A stretch of DNA of 64,000 nt from positions 4,384,001 to 4,448,000 of the forward strand of contig OY764159.1 of assembly GCA_963668175.1 (NCBI GenBank), read 5' to 3'. A program made the translations under genes and the position numbers. Below, one piece after another: positions 9,724 through 22,210 of the stretch. The notes under the pieces are model-generated. The model searched no databases and was not told where the DNA came from. It was given only the letters and a program-made list of their open reading frames with translations. How positions within the stretch are numbered: the stretch's first letter is position 1; each line of letters opens with the position of its first letter. This DNA is from Syntrophales bacterium. GTDB taxonomy: Bacteria; Desulfobacterota; Syntrophia; Syntrophales; PHBD01.

Positions 9724-10710
9724 TCAAACATCAATGGTTTTGTCTTTCTTGCGAATAAGCTTCCTGAAATCAATCCACAGATCGAAAAGCCCGACCATGG
9801 CAATAATCAATATCAGATACTGTATCGTAAATACGAGCAGATAGAACGCATATCTAAAGAACCAAGGGACCCGCCTTTCCTTGAAGAGATAGCCGACAAT
9901 GGCAAAGCCCTGCAGCAGATAAACGAACATGCAAATGATGAGAACATTGAGGCCTGTCGTCTCAATCCAGGGCGGCGCCGGCATCAGTATGGCCCCGACA
10001 AGACACATCCCCGAGATAATGAGTACCCAGACAAACTTTTCAGGGGCCTTCCAAACGGAAAGGTCTCCAAAGTCGGGATAGGGAAGCTGCCTTAACTGAA
10101 GAAAGGCCTTTCCCGATATCACATTCATGATGACCGTCAAAGCGACCGTGATGAGAAACAGGGCCGGGAAAATCATCGTAAACAACTCCGTGATCTTGGG
10201 CAAATCAGTCTTGATCATGGCGATCATTTCCTGAGAAAGCCCCTGGCTCTCGTAGTATTGTATATTTTCCTGAATCACGGCACTTATATTCTTTTCAACC
10301 AGCGACCACGGCATCTGCCCGGAGACATGACTCTGATAGCCCAGAAAAAGAAGAAACAGACCGAGAATCGCAACCACGGGGAAGATAACGGCCGCCTCTA
10401 CCGAACTTCGCCTGCGGAATATTTCCGACAGGGTAACGCCTATAAATCCCATGGCGAAAAAGACCAGCAGATGCCATTCCGTATGCATGAAAACAAGGGT
10501 GATGAATACAAGAACCGCCGACAGGGAGAATACAACGGCCCCACCTCCGCGGCCCAACTTCGAGAAATAATAGAGAAGCGGCAGAGGTGTAAATACGATG
10601 ATCACGGACCCGATAAAGGGGATAAAGGAAGCCGCTAGAAAAAACAGGGCAGATACAGCCGCACCCGTGACGATATTCTTCAAGAAAAAAGCAACGTGCC
10701 CTTTATTCAA
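9724..10710 (-). CDS. YybS/DUF2232 family membrane protein
   Basis: Multi-TM protein ending GLFDLWIDFRK, in the conserved position between rpsR and rplI. Confidence 0.85.
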   Translation of the reverse strand: MNKGHVAFFLKNIVTGAAVSALFFLAASFIPFIGSVIIVFTPLPLLYYFSKLGRGGGAVVFSLSAVLVFITLVFMHTEWHLLVFFAMGFIGVTLSEIFRRRSSVEAAVIFPVVAILGLFLLFLGYQSHVSGQMPWSLVEKNISAVIQENIQYYESQGLSQEMIAMIKTDLPKITELFTMIFPALFLITVALTVIMNVISGKAFLQLRQLPYPDFGDLSVWKAPEKFVWVLIISGMCLVGAILMPAPPWIETTGLNVLIICMFVYLLQGFAIVGYLFKERRVPWFFRYAFYLLVFTIQYLILIIAMVGLFDLWIDFRKLIRKKDKTIDV

Positions 10711-10942
10711 GACCGGTATCCATCGCTTTTGTATGCCGCGCCGCTGATTGCTACGAACCGTTGGTCGCCGGACACCGATTTAACGATATCGGGAATAAGC
10801 CCCGCTAAAAAGACAAAACACCGCCATGCTGAAACCATATGCTGCAAACTGCCCGCAACAACGGTCATTTTCTGGTGTCTGTTTATCGTAAAACCGTCGG
10901 TCCTGCAACGCCCCTGCACCAAGAGCAGGACGGCCCGTGAAA

Positions 10943-11212
10943 TTAATTCTCGCTGACGGCGAAGGGCATCAGAGCTATCGTCCTGGCCCGTTTAATCGCC
11001 ACAGTGACTTCGCGCTGATGGGAGGAACAATTTCCAGTAATGCGCCTCGGCATGATCTTTCCGCGTTCCGTCGTATAGTCCTTAAGGATTTGAGGGTCCT
11101 TGTAGTCAATTTTGATCTCGGAATCTGTACAGAACCGGCAGAATTTTCTCCTGTGGAAAAATTTCTTCTGGGGTCTTGACGGCCGGTTTGTCGTTCTGGT
11201 TGGCTCGCTCAT
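10943..11212 (-). CDS. rpsR: 30S ribosomal protein S18 (Zn-type)
   Basis: [24 protein letters not shown]. Confidence 0.97.
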   Translation of the reverse strand: MSEPTRTTNRPSRPQKKFFHRRKFCRFCTDSEIKIDYKDPQILKDYTTERGKIMPRRITGNCSSHQREVTVAIKRARTIALMPFAVSEN

Positions 11213-11215
11213 GGA

Positions 11216-11614
11216 TTATTCCTTCCCTTCTACTGTTTCAGGGGTTTTTGCTGGCTCCGTTGCTGGTGCCTCTTCGGCCTTTTCCGCTTTCGCGGCGATT
11301 TCTTTCTGCAACGCCTCAAGATCGGCATGGGGTGACGTGACAATCGTCATGTACTTCAAGACTTTGTCGTCGATCTTGAAATTTCTTTCCAATTCTTTGA
11401 CAATGGCGCTGCTACCGGCATAATCGAACAGAACATAATATCCCCGGGTCTGTTTCTTGATTTCATAAGCCAGTCGCTTCTTACCCCATCGGTCAACCTT
11501 TACGACGAGCCCTTTCAGGCCGTCTATGATCGAAACCGCCCGATCAATGAGGGCGCTCACGTCCTCATCGGACAAATCCGCCGCAGCTATAAAAACCGTC
11601 TCGTATCTCCTCAA
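11216..11614 (-). CDS. rpsF: 30S ribosomal protein S6
   Basis: RRYETVFI..WGKKRLAYEIKK..GYY; TTG start at 11614 after GAGGAGG. Confidence 0.96.
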   Translation of the reverse strand: MRRYETVFIAAADLSDEDVSALIDRAVSIIDGLKGLVVKVDRWGKKRLAYEIKKQTRGYYVLFDYAGSSAIVKELERNFKIDDKVLKYMTIVTSPHADLEALQKEIAAKAEKAEEAPATEPAKTPETVEGKE

Positions 11615-11620
11615 AATCTT

Positions 11621-11666
11621 CCTCCTCTCGGCTCTAAAGTCCGGATACGGGGTCCGGACAAGGAGT
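11621..11666 (-). promoter_or_regulatory. Probable S6:S18 ribosomal protein leader (translational autoregulation)
   Basis: CTCCTTGTCCGGACCCCGTATCCGGAC...CCGAGAGGAGG: the 5' CTCCT can pair with the RBS, enclosing an inner hairpin and a CCG. Confidence 0.6.
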
Positions 11667-11917
11667 CCTCTTTTTTTAAAGGATAGCGTATTATAACATC
11701 CATGTCCATAAATCAAGCATTTTATCGCCTTCATAATAGCGGGTGTAAACCATGGCGGTGCGTTCATTTTCGGCAATATGGAAGATTATTCCGCCCGCTC
11801 TCTTAGGCCGGAACGACGAATTCTGCCTTGACACCGAATAGATTCTCTATTAGACCTTAAACCATCAAGACAACATCCATATATGATTTGGAGAGGCAGC
11901 ATAAGAGAGGGAAAATC

Positions 11918-12400
11918 ATGGACAAAATTCCTATAACCAAAACAGGTTTCAATAAACTGAAGAAAGAACTGGAGCATCTGAAGACGGTTGAAATGCCGGA
12001 AAACATACGGGATATCGAAACGGCCAGGGGACACGGCGACCTGTCGGAAAACGCCGAGTACACGGCGGCCAAGGAGAGACAGGCCTTTATTCACGGCAAG
12101 GTACAGGAACTGGAGAAAAACCTCTCTATGTCAAAGATCATCGATATTGAGAACCTCTCCACGGAAAAGATCGTTTTCGGCGCTTCTGTCACGATCGAAG
12201 ACATCAATACAGGCGAGAGCATTACCTATCAACTCGTCGGGCCCTTTGAATCCGATATCAACAAGAACCAGATCTCCGTAACCTCGCCTATCGGCAAGGC
12301 GCTTATCGGCAAGAAGATCGGAGAAGAGGTGCGAGTCAAAACCCCGGGAGGCGTCCGTGAATTCGAAGTCGTCGATATTTTTATGAGCGATCCCCTTTAA
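11918..12400 (+). CDS. greA: Transcription elongation factor GreA
   Basis: ARGHGDLSENAEY, ISVTSPIGKALIG. Confidence 0.96.
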   Translation: MDKIPITKTGFNKLKKELEHLKTVEMPENIRDIETARGHGDLSENAEYTAAKERQAFIHGKVQELEKNLSMSKIIDIENLSTEKIVFGASVTIEDINTGESITYQLVGPFESDINKNQISVTSPIGKALIGKKIGEEVRVKTPGGVREFEVVDIFMSDPL

Positions 12401-12434
12401 TCAGGTTATCTTTGTAAACATTTTCAAACGCAAT

Positions 12435-12470
12435 AAAAAAGCCGGAAGTTCATCCTTCCGGCTTTCTTCT
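12435..12470. terminator. Bidirectional intrinsic terminator between greA and atpC
   Basis: AAAAAA-GCCGGAAG-ttcatc-CTTCCGGC-TTTCTTCT between convergent genes. Confidence 0.85.
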
Positions 12471-12493
12471 TTCCACAACGGTGTGGTTTATTT

Positions 12494-12910
12494 CTAACTT
12501 GCGGAATGTCTGTCTAACGCGGCCAACCTGGCGATCGCCCGGGCCAGCGCTGCTTTTTCCTTTTCGAACTCGATGTCTTCCTTCGTCATCTTCGACAAAC
12601 TGGATTCGGCCCTTTCTTTCGCTTTTTGGGCCCTCTCCCTGTCGATCATGTCGGACCGTTCCGCCGTCTCCACCAGGACGATCACCTTGGAAGACGTCAC
12701 TTCCGCGTAACCCATACTGACCGCGTAAAAGGTCTTCTTATTATCCTGGGTATAGTTGAGCACCCCTGCATCCAGAGATGAGAGGAGCGAGGCGTGTCCG
12801 CGGAGGACCCCGAATTCTCCCTCCGAACCCGGAATGGTCACTTCTTCGATCTTACCGCTGAATGCCATCTTTTCAGGGGTTACTATCTCCAGCATCAATT
12901 CATCAGCCAT
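12494..12910 (-). CDS. atpC: F1 ATP synthase epsilon subunit
   Basis: [16 protein letters not shown]; last gene of the atp operon. Confidence 0.96.
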   Translation of the reverse strand: MADELMLEIVTPEKMAFSGKIEEVTIPGSEGEFGVLRGHASLLSSLDAGVLNYTQDNKKTFYAVSMGYAEVTSSKVIVLVETAERSDMIDRERAQKAKERAESSLSKMTKEDIEFEKEKAALARAIARLAALDRHSAS

Positions 12911-12933
12911 TATCTTCGAACCTCCGACCTATC

Positions 12934-14367
<1,434 letters not shown>

Positions 14368-14395
14368 TTATCCTCGCAGTCTTTCCCGGTCCTGC

Positions 14396-15271
14396 CTAAG
14401 ACTTTGCCAGAGCCTCGGTACCGCCGACGATATCCATCAATTCGGCCGTAATCGCAGCTTGTCTCGCCTTGTTGAATTTCAAGCTCAAGCTCGAGATCAA
14501 CTCATCACAGTTCTTGGTCGCATTGTCCATCGCCGCCATACGGGCACCGTTTTCCCCGGCATTCGTCTCCAAAAGCGCCCGGAAGATCAGGACATGGACG
14601 TACATATTGAGGAGCTTGTCCAGAAGGACTTCCTCCGAAGGTTCATAAATGTAATCCAATCTCGCATCGGCCGAGACTTCTTCCTCCGACCCCACGGTGG
14701 GGAGGGGGAACAAGCGGACCACGGACGGTTTTTGCACCGAGACATTCCGGAATTCGTTGTAGATAAGATACAACTCATCGTACTCCCCGGCGACGAACGG
14801 CGGAATGAGATCATCGCTGATCTGCGCGGCAAGAGATATCGTGAATCTGGCCAGCGCGTCGGTCCGCTCGTTCATGATCGGCATTTTCTTCCGGAAAAAG
14901 TCGCGCCCCTTGCGGCCAACCGGGACGAGAACGACATCCTTTCCTTCGGCTTTCTTCGTCGAGATGAACCGCTCCGACGCTTTGATCAGGTTCGTATTGA
15001 AACCGCCGCAGAGCCCGCGGTCGGAAGTCATGCAGATAACCCTGATCTTCTTCGGGTCTCTGACCGCCAGGAGCGGGTGCGAATCCGTCGATACGCGCAG
15101 GGCCAGGCTGCTCATGACGTCCATAAACTTAATGGCATAAGGCCTGAAGTTCTCCATCCTCTGCTGGGCAGCTTTAAACTTGGCAGCGGCCACCATATTC
15201 ATGGCCTTGGTGATCTGCTTCGTCTTACGAACCGCTGCAATCTTGACTTTAATGTCCTTTAACGCGGCCAT
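14396..15271 (-). CDS. atpG: F1 ATP synthase gamma subunit
   Basis: ITKAMNMVAA, DRGLCGGFN, RQAAITAEL. Confidence 0.98.
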   Translation of the reverse strand: MAALKDIKVKIAAVRKTKQITKAMNMVAAAKFKAAQQRMENFRPYAIKFMDVMSSLALRVSTDSHPLLAVRDPKKIRVICMTSDRGLCGGFNTNLIKASERFISTKKAEGKDVVLVPVGRKGRDFFRKKMPIMNERTDALARFTISLAAQISDDLIPPFVAGEYDELYLIYNEFRNVSVQKPSVVRLFPLPTVGSEEEVSADARLDYIYEPSEEVLLDKLLNMYVHVLIFRALLETNAGENGARMAAMDNATKNCDELISSLSLKFNKARQAAITAELMDIVGGTEALAKS

Positions 15272-15326
15272 TAAAATACACTCCCTTTAATCTTATTTGA
15301 AACCTCAATTAGAATACCTTGCAAGA

Positions 15327-16841
15327 TCAAGCCGCGACGAATACGGAATCGAATTCAGTCATGACATCCCGCATCTTCTTTTCCAGTTCCGGACTGATGA
15401 TCTTCTTATCATCGATCTCCTTCAGGATGTCGGGATACTTGCTTTTCACAAAACTGATCAGCTGAGGTTCATATTCCTTCAATTTTTCGACTTCGTATTT
15501 ATCCAGGAACCCCTTTGTGCCGGCAAACAGAATCGCAACCTGCTCTCCCAGGGACATGGGCTGGAACTGTGGTTGCTTCAGGATTTCGACGAGTCTGACG
15601 CCTCGGTCCAGCTGGGCCTGGGTCGCCTTGTCCAGGTCGCTGCCGAACTGGGCGAATGCCGCCAGTTCGCGGTATTGAGCAAGGTCCAGTTTCAATGTTC
15701 CGGCCACCTGTTTCATGGCCTTGACCTGGGCGGCGCCGCCGACGCGGGAAACCGACAGACCGACGTTGATGGCCGGACGGATACCCGAATAGAAGAGGCT
15801 CGGTTCAAGGTAAACCTGACCGTCGGTAATCGAAATAACGTTCGTTGGAATGTAGGCGGACACGTCGCCGGCCTGCGTTTCAATGATCGGCAGAGCCGTA
15901 AGGGACCCGCTGCCGAGTTCCTTGCTGACGCGGGCCGCGCGCTCCAGCAGACGCGAATGGTTGTAGAAAATGTCTCCAGGATAGGCCTCGCGCCCGGGAG
16001 GACGTCTCAGAAGCAGGGAGATCTGCCGGTAGGCAACGGCCTGTTTGGAAAGATCATCGTAGATAATCAAGGCGTCTTCGCTCTTGTCCCGGAAGTATTC
16101 GCCGATGCTGCATCCTGCGTATGCGGCGATGTACTGCAGGGTCGCCGGGTCGCTGGCGCAGGCGGAAACGACGCAGGTATAGGACATGGCGTCGTATTTT
16201 CTCAAATTTTCCACCACCTGGGCGACGGTCGATTTCTTCTGGCCGATGGCGACATAGATACATTTGACACCCGTATCTTTTTGCCTGAGGATGGAGTCTA
16301 TACAGATGGCCGTTTTCCCGATTTGCCGGTCGCCGATGACCAGTTCGCGCTGCCCGCGGCCGATCGGCGTCATGGCATCAACGGCCTTCAAACCCGTATA
16401 CATGGGCTGATTGACCGGCTGTCTTTGAATAACGCCGGGGGCGACCATCTCGATTCTGCGGAACTCGTTCGTTTCGATCGGCCCTTTGCCGTCAATCGGC
16501 TTTCCGGTGGCATCAATGACACGCCCGAGAACGGCTTCACCGACCGGCACCTGGGCGATTTTTCCCGTACGTTTGACGATATCGCCTTCCTTAATGTGGG
16601 TGACTTCGCCGAGAACGGCAACACCGACGTTGTCCGTTTCCAGGTTAAGAACCATGCCGAGGATTCCGCCGGGGAACTCGAGAAGCTCCATGGCCATCGC
16701 ATTTTCAACGCCATATACCCTGGCAATACCATCGCCGACGGACAGGACCGTACCGGTCTCGCTCACGTCGAGCTTCTTTTCATAGTCTTTGATCTGCTTG
16801 GATATAATTTGACTGATTTCTTCTGCCCTGATTGCGTCCAT
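15327..16841 (-). CDS. atpA: F1 ATP synthase alpha subunit
   Basis: [25 protein letters not shown]. Confidence 0.99.
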   Translation of the reverse strand: MDAIRAEEISQIISKQIKDYEKKLDVSETGTVLSVGDGIARVYGVENAMAMELLEFPGGILGMVLNLETDNVGVAVLGEVTHIKEGDIVKRTGKIAQVPVGEAVLGRVIDATGKPIDGKGPIETNEFRRIEMVAPGVIQRQPVNQPMYTGLKAVDAMTPIGRGQRELVIGDRQIGKTAICIDSILRQKDTGVKCIYVAIGQKKSTVAQVVENLRKYDAMSYTCVVSACASDPATLQYIAAYAGCSIGEYFRDKSEDALIIYDDLSKQAVAYRQISLLLRRPPGREAYPGDIFYNHSRLLERAARVSKELGSGSLTALPIIETQAGDVSAYIPTNVISITDGQVYLEPSLFYSGIRPAINVGLSVSRVGGAAQVKAMKQVAGTLKLDLAQYRELAAFAQFGSDLDKATQAQLDRGVRLVEILKQPQFQPMSLGEQVAILFAGTKGFLDKYEVEKLKEYEPQLISFVKSKYPDILKEIDDKKIISPELEKKMRDVMTEFDSVFVAA

Positions 16842-16844
16842 GCT

Positions 16845-17390
16845 TTATATCTCCTCCCCTAAGAGATTGTTTATATTGTTGAGTTGAGCCCTGATGCTTC
16901 CGTCATAAAGGGTATCGCCAACCCGAACGACGATTCCTCCCAGAAGAGATACATCTTCCGCGATGCTCATGTCCACCTGTTTTCCGGTCAGTTCCTCCAG
17001 CTTTTTCTGAAGCATGCCTTTCAATTCGGACGACAGCGGAAACGCAGTGCTGACACTCACCCTGACCCTCTTCAGTGTATCGTCCATGTAAATACGGTAA
17101 CAGTCCTCAATATCGGGCAGGATCCCGATCCTTCCCTTGTCAACGAGGAGATTGAGAAAGTTTGTCGTGATGGGAGACAGCTGAATTTTCTGCAGCAGCG
17201 AGGCGACAACGGATTTCTTATCGGCCTGGTCAAAGACAGGATTCGCAAGAAATTCCTTCAGGTCCGCGCTTTCTTTGATGATGCCTGAAAATTTATTCAG
17301 CTCGTCATAATACTTTTCGTATAGCCCTTCTTCTGCGGCTATCTCGAAAAAAGCCCTCGCATACCGCTTTGCAATATCGCTGCCGATCAA
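16845..17390 (-). CDS. atpH: F1 ATP synthase delta subunit
   Basis: IAKRYARAF, LLGGIVVRVGDTLYDGS. Confidence 0.96.
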   Translation of the reverse strand: MIGSDIAKRYARAFFEIAAEEGLYEKYYDELNKFSGIIKESADLKEFLANPVFDQADKKSVVASLLQKIQLSPITTNFLNLLVDKGRIGILPDIEDCYRIYMDDTLKRVRVSVSTAFPLSSELKGMLQKKLEELTGKQVDMSIAEDVSLLGGIVVRVGDTLYDGSIRAQLNNINNLLGEEI

Positions 17391-17995
17391 TGTTTGGTCA
17401 CCACCTTATCTAAGTATTCCCGAACCATGGCATCATGGTCAGCGGTCGTTATGCTTCTCTTTAAAATATCTTCGGCCATCTGTACCGATAGTTTCGCAGC
17501 TTCGAGCCTCAACTGGCTGCTTGCTTTCTTGAACTCCTGTTCCATTCTGGCCTGGGCATCTTCTTTGATCTTCGCGGCCGCCTTCTTGGCATCTTCGATG
17601 ATCCTTTCTTTCTCGATCAATCCCTGGGCCTTGATGGATTCGGCGATATCGGCGATTTCATCCGTGGCCTTTTCGAGCTTGGCGGCATACTCCTTATATT
17701 TGTTTTCGGCATCCGCCTTCGCTGCTGCGGCAGCTTCCAGAGAGGTCTTGATATTCTTTCTTCTCTCGACAAAGAATGACTTAAGCTTAGGGGCAAGCAT
17801 CCAATAAAGGAAGCCCATTAAAATGACAAAGTTGAGCGTGCGCCAGGCGAAATCCTTCCAGTTGGTCGCCTCTTCGTGACCGCCTCCGCCTTCGGCGTAT
17901 GCGCATACTGCCATAAATGTCACAAGCGAAAGAGGATAAACAACGCGGAGCAGTAATTGTTTCAGCAAATCCGTTTTATGAACCTTCGCACGCAT
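17387..17995 (-). CDS. atpF: F0 ATP synthase subunit b
   Basis: TM segment (WRTLNF) followed by a charged coiled coil; operon position. Confidence 0.9.
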   Translation of the reverse strand: MRAKVHKTDLLKQLLLRVVYPLSLVTFMAVCAYAEGGGGHEEATNWKDFAWRTLNFVILMGFLYWMLAPKLKSFFVERRKNIKTSLEAAAAAKADAENKYKEYAAKLEKATDEIADIAESIKAQGLIEKERIIEDAKKAAAKIKEDAQARMEQEFKKASSQLRLEAAKLSVQMAEDILKRSITTADHDAMVREYLDKVVTKH

Positions 17996-18420
17996 TAGAC
18001 ACTCCTTCCCAGTACCTTTTCTGCAATCTCTTTGGATATTTTCTGGGATTGGCCGGTTAAGATCTTCCTGGCTTCCTCAACTTCTTTCGTCAGCTTCTCA
18101 TTAAAGCTTTCAATGATCTTGGGAATTTCACCCCTGACGGCATCAATGATGCCCTTCGCCTTTTCCGACCCTTCAGTCATGGCCTGGGTCTTGAGCTCCA
18201 TCGCTGCGAGCTTTGCCTGCCGGGACTTCTCCTCGTATTCGAGCATCTTCTTTTCGGCGTCCTCGTTAAGGCGTTTGATCTCTTCCTGAGAATCGTCAAA
18301 CTGCTTTTGTCTTTTTTCGATGATTCCCAAGATGGGTTTGTAAAGCAACAAATTGAGGATAAAGATTAAAAGAAGGAAATTGATGATCTGGAGTATTACG
18401 GTATAATCGATGCTGACCAC
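17995..18420 (-). CDS. F0 ATP synthase subunit b'
   Basis: QIINFLLLIFILNLLLYKPI plus coiled coil; first gene of the operon. Confidence 0.9.
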   Translation of the reverse strand: MVSIDYTVILQIINFLLLIFILNLLLYKPILGIIEKRQKQFDDSQEEIKRLNEDAEKKMLEYEEKSRQAKLAAMELKTQAMTEGSEKAKGIIDAVRGEIPKIIESFNEKLTKEVEEARKILTGQSQKISKEIAEKVLGRSV

Positions 18421-18670
18421 GGCCCATTACCTCGTCTCGATGATAAAAAAAAACCGAGTGAAGATTCTTTATCCACCCGGCAAGTTCCATGTAGCAGCTT
18501 CCAACCTCAACACTTTTTTTCACCTCAGACGACCAGGGGAAAATATCCCCATAACTGAGCGAATACTAGGCGTTTCGCTAGTCTCCATCTGCAAAGGCGC
18601 GGTTTACTAATCATAACTCTCGCTCGTTGTCAAGCAGTTTTTGGGTGCTATTTTTCAATCCCATTACCCA

Positions 18671-19078
18671 TTATTTCTTCAGATGATCGGAAAGACTGCC
18701 AGTTCTGCTTTCCGCAGCGATATGCGTCCCGGCGGCATCGCTCACCATGCGTGAATAACCCTCGAAAATGCCTCCTTCTTCAATGGCAATCGACGAGGTT
18801 TTAATGTTGCCGAAGAGCCTGCCGGTTGCAAATATTTTAATTTTGTCCTTAACATCGATTGTCCCGATCACGTCGCCGCTGATGTACAGACTGCCGACGT
18901 CGATATCCGCCTTGATCTGGGCGCCTTCACCAATCACGAGTGTGCCCGTGCCAACGATTTCCCCGTCGAAATCACCATCAATCCGGATGGACCCCTCAAA
19001 ATTCAAATTGCCTTTGAATGATGATCCTCTTCCTAAAAAGGCTTCAATTTCGTTATTCCTTTTCTTACTGCCGAACAT
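18671..19078 (-). CDS. Bactofilin (polymer-forming cytoskeletal protein)
   Basis: Beta-helix repeats FKGNLNFEGSIRIDGDFDGEI...IEEGGIFEG. Confidence 0.92.
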   Translation of the reverse strand: MFGSKKRNNEIEAFLGRGSSFKGNLNFEGSIRIDGDFDGEIVGTGTLVIGEGAQIKADIDVGSLYISGDVIGTIDVKDKIKIFATGRLFGNIKTSSIAIEEGGIFEGYSRMVSDAAGTHIAAESRTGSLSDHLKK

Positions 19079-19180
19079 AGCCGATAGCCTCCTTTGAATG
19101 ACTGGTTCGAAGACGGCTTTTCATCATCGCCGAAAAGTGCCGGGCATTGAGACTCGCTTCGGTTTTAGAACCGCTTTCGC

Positions 19181-20299
19181 TTATGCCTTGGGCTGAAGGA
19201 TAAACCTCCTCATACTGACATTCATCAACAATCCTATACTCGTCATCATGACAATCATGGAAGATCCTCCATAACTCAGGAAAGGAAGAGGAATGCCGAC
19301 AACAGGGAGTATGCCCAGAACCATTCCCATATTGATGAACAATTCCCAGAAAATGAATATGGTGATGCTGTAAGCGATCAAGGTGCCCAGATAATCCCGG
19401 GAATGTAGCGCTATCTTTAATCCCCAGAGTACGAGGGACAGAAAGAGAAAGACCAGGACCATTCCTCCCAGAAACCCCCACTCCTCCGCATAGACGGAAA
19501 AGATGAAATCGGTCTGCTGCTCCGGCAGAAATTTCAGCTGTGTCTGGGTCCCTTTTAAGAAACCTTTACCGAATATTCCACCCGAACCGATAGCGATCAT
19601 GGATTGAATAATATGGTAGCCCGAACCGAGAGGGTCCCTCTCCGGCGACAGGAACGTCAGAATCCGCTCCTTCTGATAATCCTTGAGAAAGAACCACGTC
19701 AATGGGGCCAGCAAAAGACATACGGATGAACCGATGAACAGCGATTTCCATTTGATGCCGATGAAGAAACTCAGGGACACGAAGATAATCAGCAAAACGA
19801 GAGCCGTTCCCAGGTCAGGCTGCTTCATAATCAATAAAAACGGCACGGCCGTGATAGCCATAGGGATGGCAAGGTCTCTCAGCCGGTAAGACTCGCTGGC
19901 CTTGTAATCGTCAAAATACCGGGCCAGAGCGAGAATAAGTGTCAGTTTCATCAATTCCGAAGGCTGGAGGGAAAATCCGGGAAGAGAAATCCAGCGCTGC
20001 GACCCGCGGGCTTCATTGCCGATCAAAAAGACCGCAATGAGCAGGATCAAGGAACCTCCGTATATCAAATACGCATAACGGGAAATGGATCGGTAATCTA
20101 TACTGAACGCGACAATCATGAAGACCAGGCCCAGCGCTATCCATTGCGCCTGCTTGATATAGAGGGGCGTCTGCCTCATATCCCCGAAACTGAAGCCGGT
20201 ACTGTAGATGTTCAGGAGCCCTATGACGCTGATCGATATGACGATCGCCAGGAGGGTCCAGTCGAAATTTAAGAAAAGGCGGCGGTCTATTTTCATCAA
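19181..20299 (-). CDS. rodA: Rod shape-determining protein RodA (SEDS)
   Basis: QPSELMK, QPDLGT, PEQQTDFIF, PFLSYGGSS. Confidence 0.96.
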   Translation of the reverse strand: MMKIDRRLFLNFDWTLLAIVISISVIGLLNIYSTGFSFGDMRQTPLYIKQAQWIALGLVFMIVAFSIDYRSISRYAYLIYGGSLILLIAVFLIGNEARGSQRWISLPGFSLQPSELMKLTLILALARYFDDYKASESYRLRDLAIPMAITAVPFLLIMKQPDLGTALVLLIIFVSLSFFIGIKWKSLFIGSSVCLLLAPLTWFFLKDYQKERILTFLSPERDPLGSGYHIIQSMIAIGSGGIFGKGFLKGTQTQLKFLPEQQTDFIFSVYAEEWGFLGGMVLVFLFLSLVLWGLKIALHSRDYLGTLIAYSITIFIFWELFINMGMVLGILPVVGIPLPFLSYGGSSMIVMMTSIGLLMNVSMRRFILQPKA

Positions 20300-20314
20300 A
20301 CCTCCGATACCCGT

Positions 20315-22210
20315 CTACTGCCCGCCGGCAGCATGTTCACCTGCATTTTTGACAATCGGCTGCTTCATCTGCGGATTCTGTTTTTTCTGAAAATAGGCAT
20401 CGACAATTTTTCTTGCCACGGGCCCTGCCGCCGATCCGCCGTGGCCCGCATTCTCGGCGATAACGGCGATGGCGATCTCCGGATTTTTGTACGGCGCGTA
20501 GCAGACAAAAAGGGCGTGATCGCGGAATCTTGCGCCGATGGCCTTGTTTTTTCGCGATTTCTCATCTTCGGGCAACCCGATGACCTGAGCCGTACCGGTC
20601 TTACCGCTGACATCGGCTTCTTTCCTTCTCAAGGCCGAACCCGTACCCCCGCTCTCATTGACGACCCCCCAGAGCGCCCGCTTCAGGATATCCATATTTT
20701 CCGGACTGATCTTTAACATCGACAGCTTTTCGGGGGGAAATGTTTTGACGATCTGACCGTCGACCGATTCAATCTGCTTGACAATCCTGGGTCGCCAGAC
20801 GGTCCCTCCATTGGCCAGGGTAGCATATGCGTTCGCCAACTGCAGCGGCGTTACCGTATTGAAGCCCTGACCGATGGAGATGGAGATGGTTTCACCCAAC
20901 TGCCAGGGAATCTTGAACCGGCCCAGTTTCCATTTCTTGGTAGGGATCAGGCCGCTCTTTTCCCGGGGAAGGTCCACGCCGGTCGGGGCTCCGAATCCAA
21001 ATGCGCGGGCGTATTCGGCAATCGTGTCCACCCCGAGGAGTTTCCCGACATTATAGAAATAAACGTCGCAGGACTCGACAAGGGCTCGGTGAAGGCTGAT
21101 CCTGCCGTGGCCCTTCTTGCTCCAGCAGCGGTAGGTCCGGTTGCCCAATTCAAAATAACCCGGGCAGTTGAAGGAGGTGGACGGCTCCACGATTCCTTCT
21201 TCGAGGGCCGCAGCGGCAACGACGAGTTTATAGGTTGAACCGGGAGGATACTGTCCAGATATAGCCCTGTTTTCAAGGGGATGATATGGATCGGTGGACA
21301 ACTTCTTCCAATCCTTGGGCGAGATGCCGCCGCGAAAGAGATTCGGATCGAAGGACGGTGAGCTGACCAAAGCGAGAATGGAACCGTCGCGCACATCCAG
21401 GACAACCACGGCTCCCGGCTTGCCTTCCAGCGCATTCCAGGCCGTCTCCTGAAGGAAGGCATCGATCGTAAGAACCACATTATTCCCCGATACCGGAACG
21501 ATTTTTCCGATAACCCTGATTTCCTTCCCGACGACATTGACCTCTACCTGCTCCGCACCGTTCTTTCCGCGAAGATACGCATCGAGATATTTTTCGATGC
21601 CGTATTTACCCACCATATCACCGCCGGTATACTGACTATTGTTGTCCCTTTCCAATTCCTCCGGGCTCACTTCGCCCATATAGCCGATGACATGGGACAT
21701 TTTTTCTCCGCCGAGGTACTGTCTCACGGGAACGATGTCGGAAACGACACCCGGCAGTTCCAGGGCATGCGATTCTATCAGCGCCAACTTCTCCCGGCTG
21801 ACATTTTTTTCGATTTTTATCGGCTCTATGGATCGTTGCCTTTTGGTCAACAGAATCTCCGGAGAAAAAGGCAGGGATCGCTCGGCATAGATGCTTTCCA
21901 ATCGCTTCGCCACGTCCTGAACGTTTTTCGCCTGGTTGGGTACGAAGAGGATATCGAAGGACGGCTGGTTATCGACGAGAACATTGCGGTTCGTATCCAT
22001 AATAACGCCCCTGATTGCCCTGATGGTTCTCAACCGGACGCTGTTGCTCTCCGAGCGATGGCCCATCTCATCCCCTTTGATGACCTGGAGGTACCACATC
22101 CGGACCACCAGAACCATTAACATGACGGTAACAAAGACGATGAGGATCCTGAATCTCGACCGGTATTCACCGGGTTCATGACCATTAAGCCGACCGACGG
22201 ACTCCGCCAT
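20315..22210 (-). CDS. mrdA: Penicillin-binding protein 2
   Basis: PGSTYK (SxxK), SCD, GKTGT; in the mre operon. Confidence 0.95.
   Translation of the reverse strand: MAESVGRLNGHEPGEYRSRFRILIVFVTVMLMVLVVRMWYLQVIKGDEMGHRSESNSVRLRTIRAIRGVIMDTNRNVLVDNQPSFDILFVPNQAKNVQDVAKRLESIYAERSLPFSPEILLTKRQRSIEPIKIEKNVSREKLALIESHALELPGVVSDIVPVRQYLGGEKMSHVIGYMGEVSPEELERDNNSQYTGGDMVGKYGIEKYLDAYLRGKNGAEQVEVNVVGKEIRVIGKIVPVSGNNVVLTIDAFLQETAWNALEGKPGAVVVLDVRDGSILALVSSPSFDPNLFRGGISPKDWKKLSTDPYHPLENRAISGQYPPGSTYKLVVAAAALEEGIVEPSTSFNCPGYFELGNRTYRCWSKKGHGRISLHRALVESCDVYFYNVGKLLGVDTIAEYARAFGFGAPTGVDLPREKSGLIPTKKWKLGRFKIPWQLGETISISIGQGFNTVTPLQLANAYATLANGGTVWRPRIVKQIESVDGQIVKTFPPEKLSMLKISPENMDILKRALWGVVNESGGTGSALRRKEADVSGKTGTAQVIGLPEDEKSRKNKAIGARFRDHALFVCYAPYKNPEIAIAVIAENAGHGGSAAGPVARKIVDAYFQKKQNPQMKQPIVKNAGEHAAGGQ

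Noticed and set aside
10707..10942. 71-aa ORF or RNA in the rpsR-DUF2232 gap
   Set aside because: No RBS or recognisable motif and only one modest hairpin; it is not ssb or priB.
18421..18670. Absence of atpB/atpE (subunits a and c) from the atp operon
   Set aside because: A split atp operon is the normal arrangement in deltaproteobacteria.
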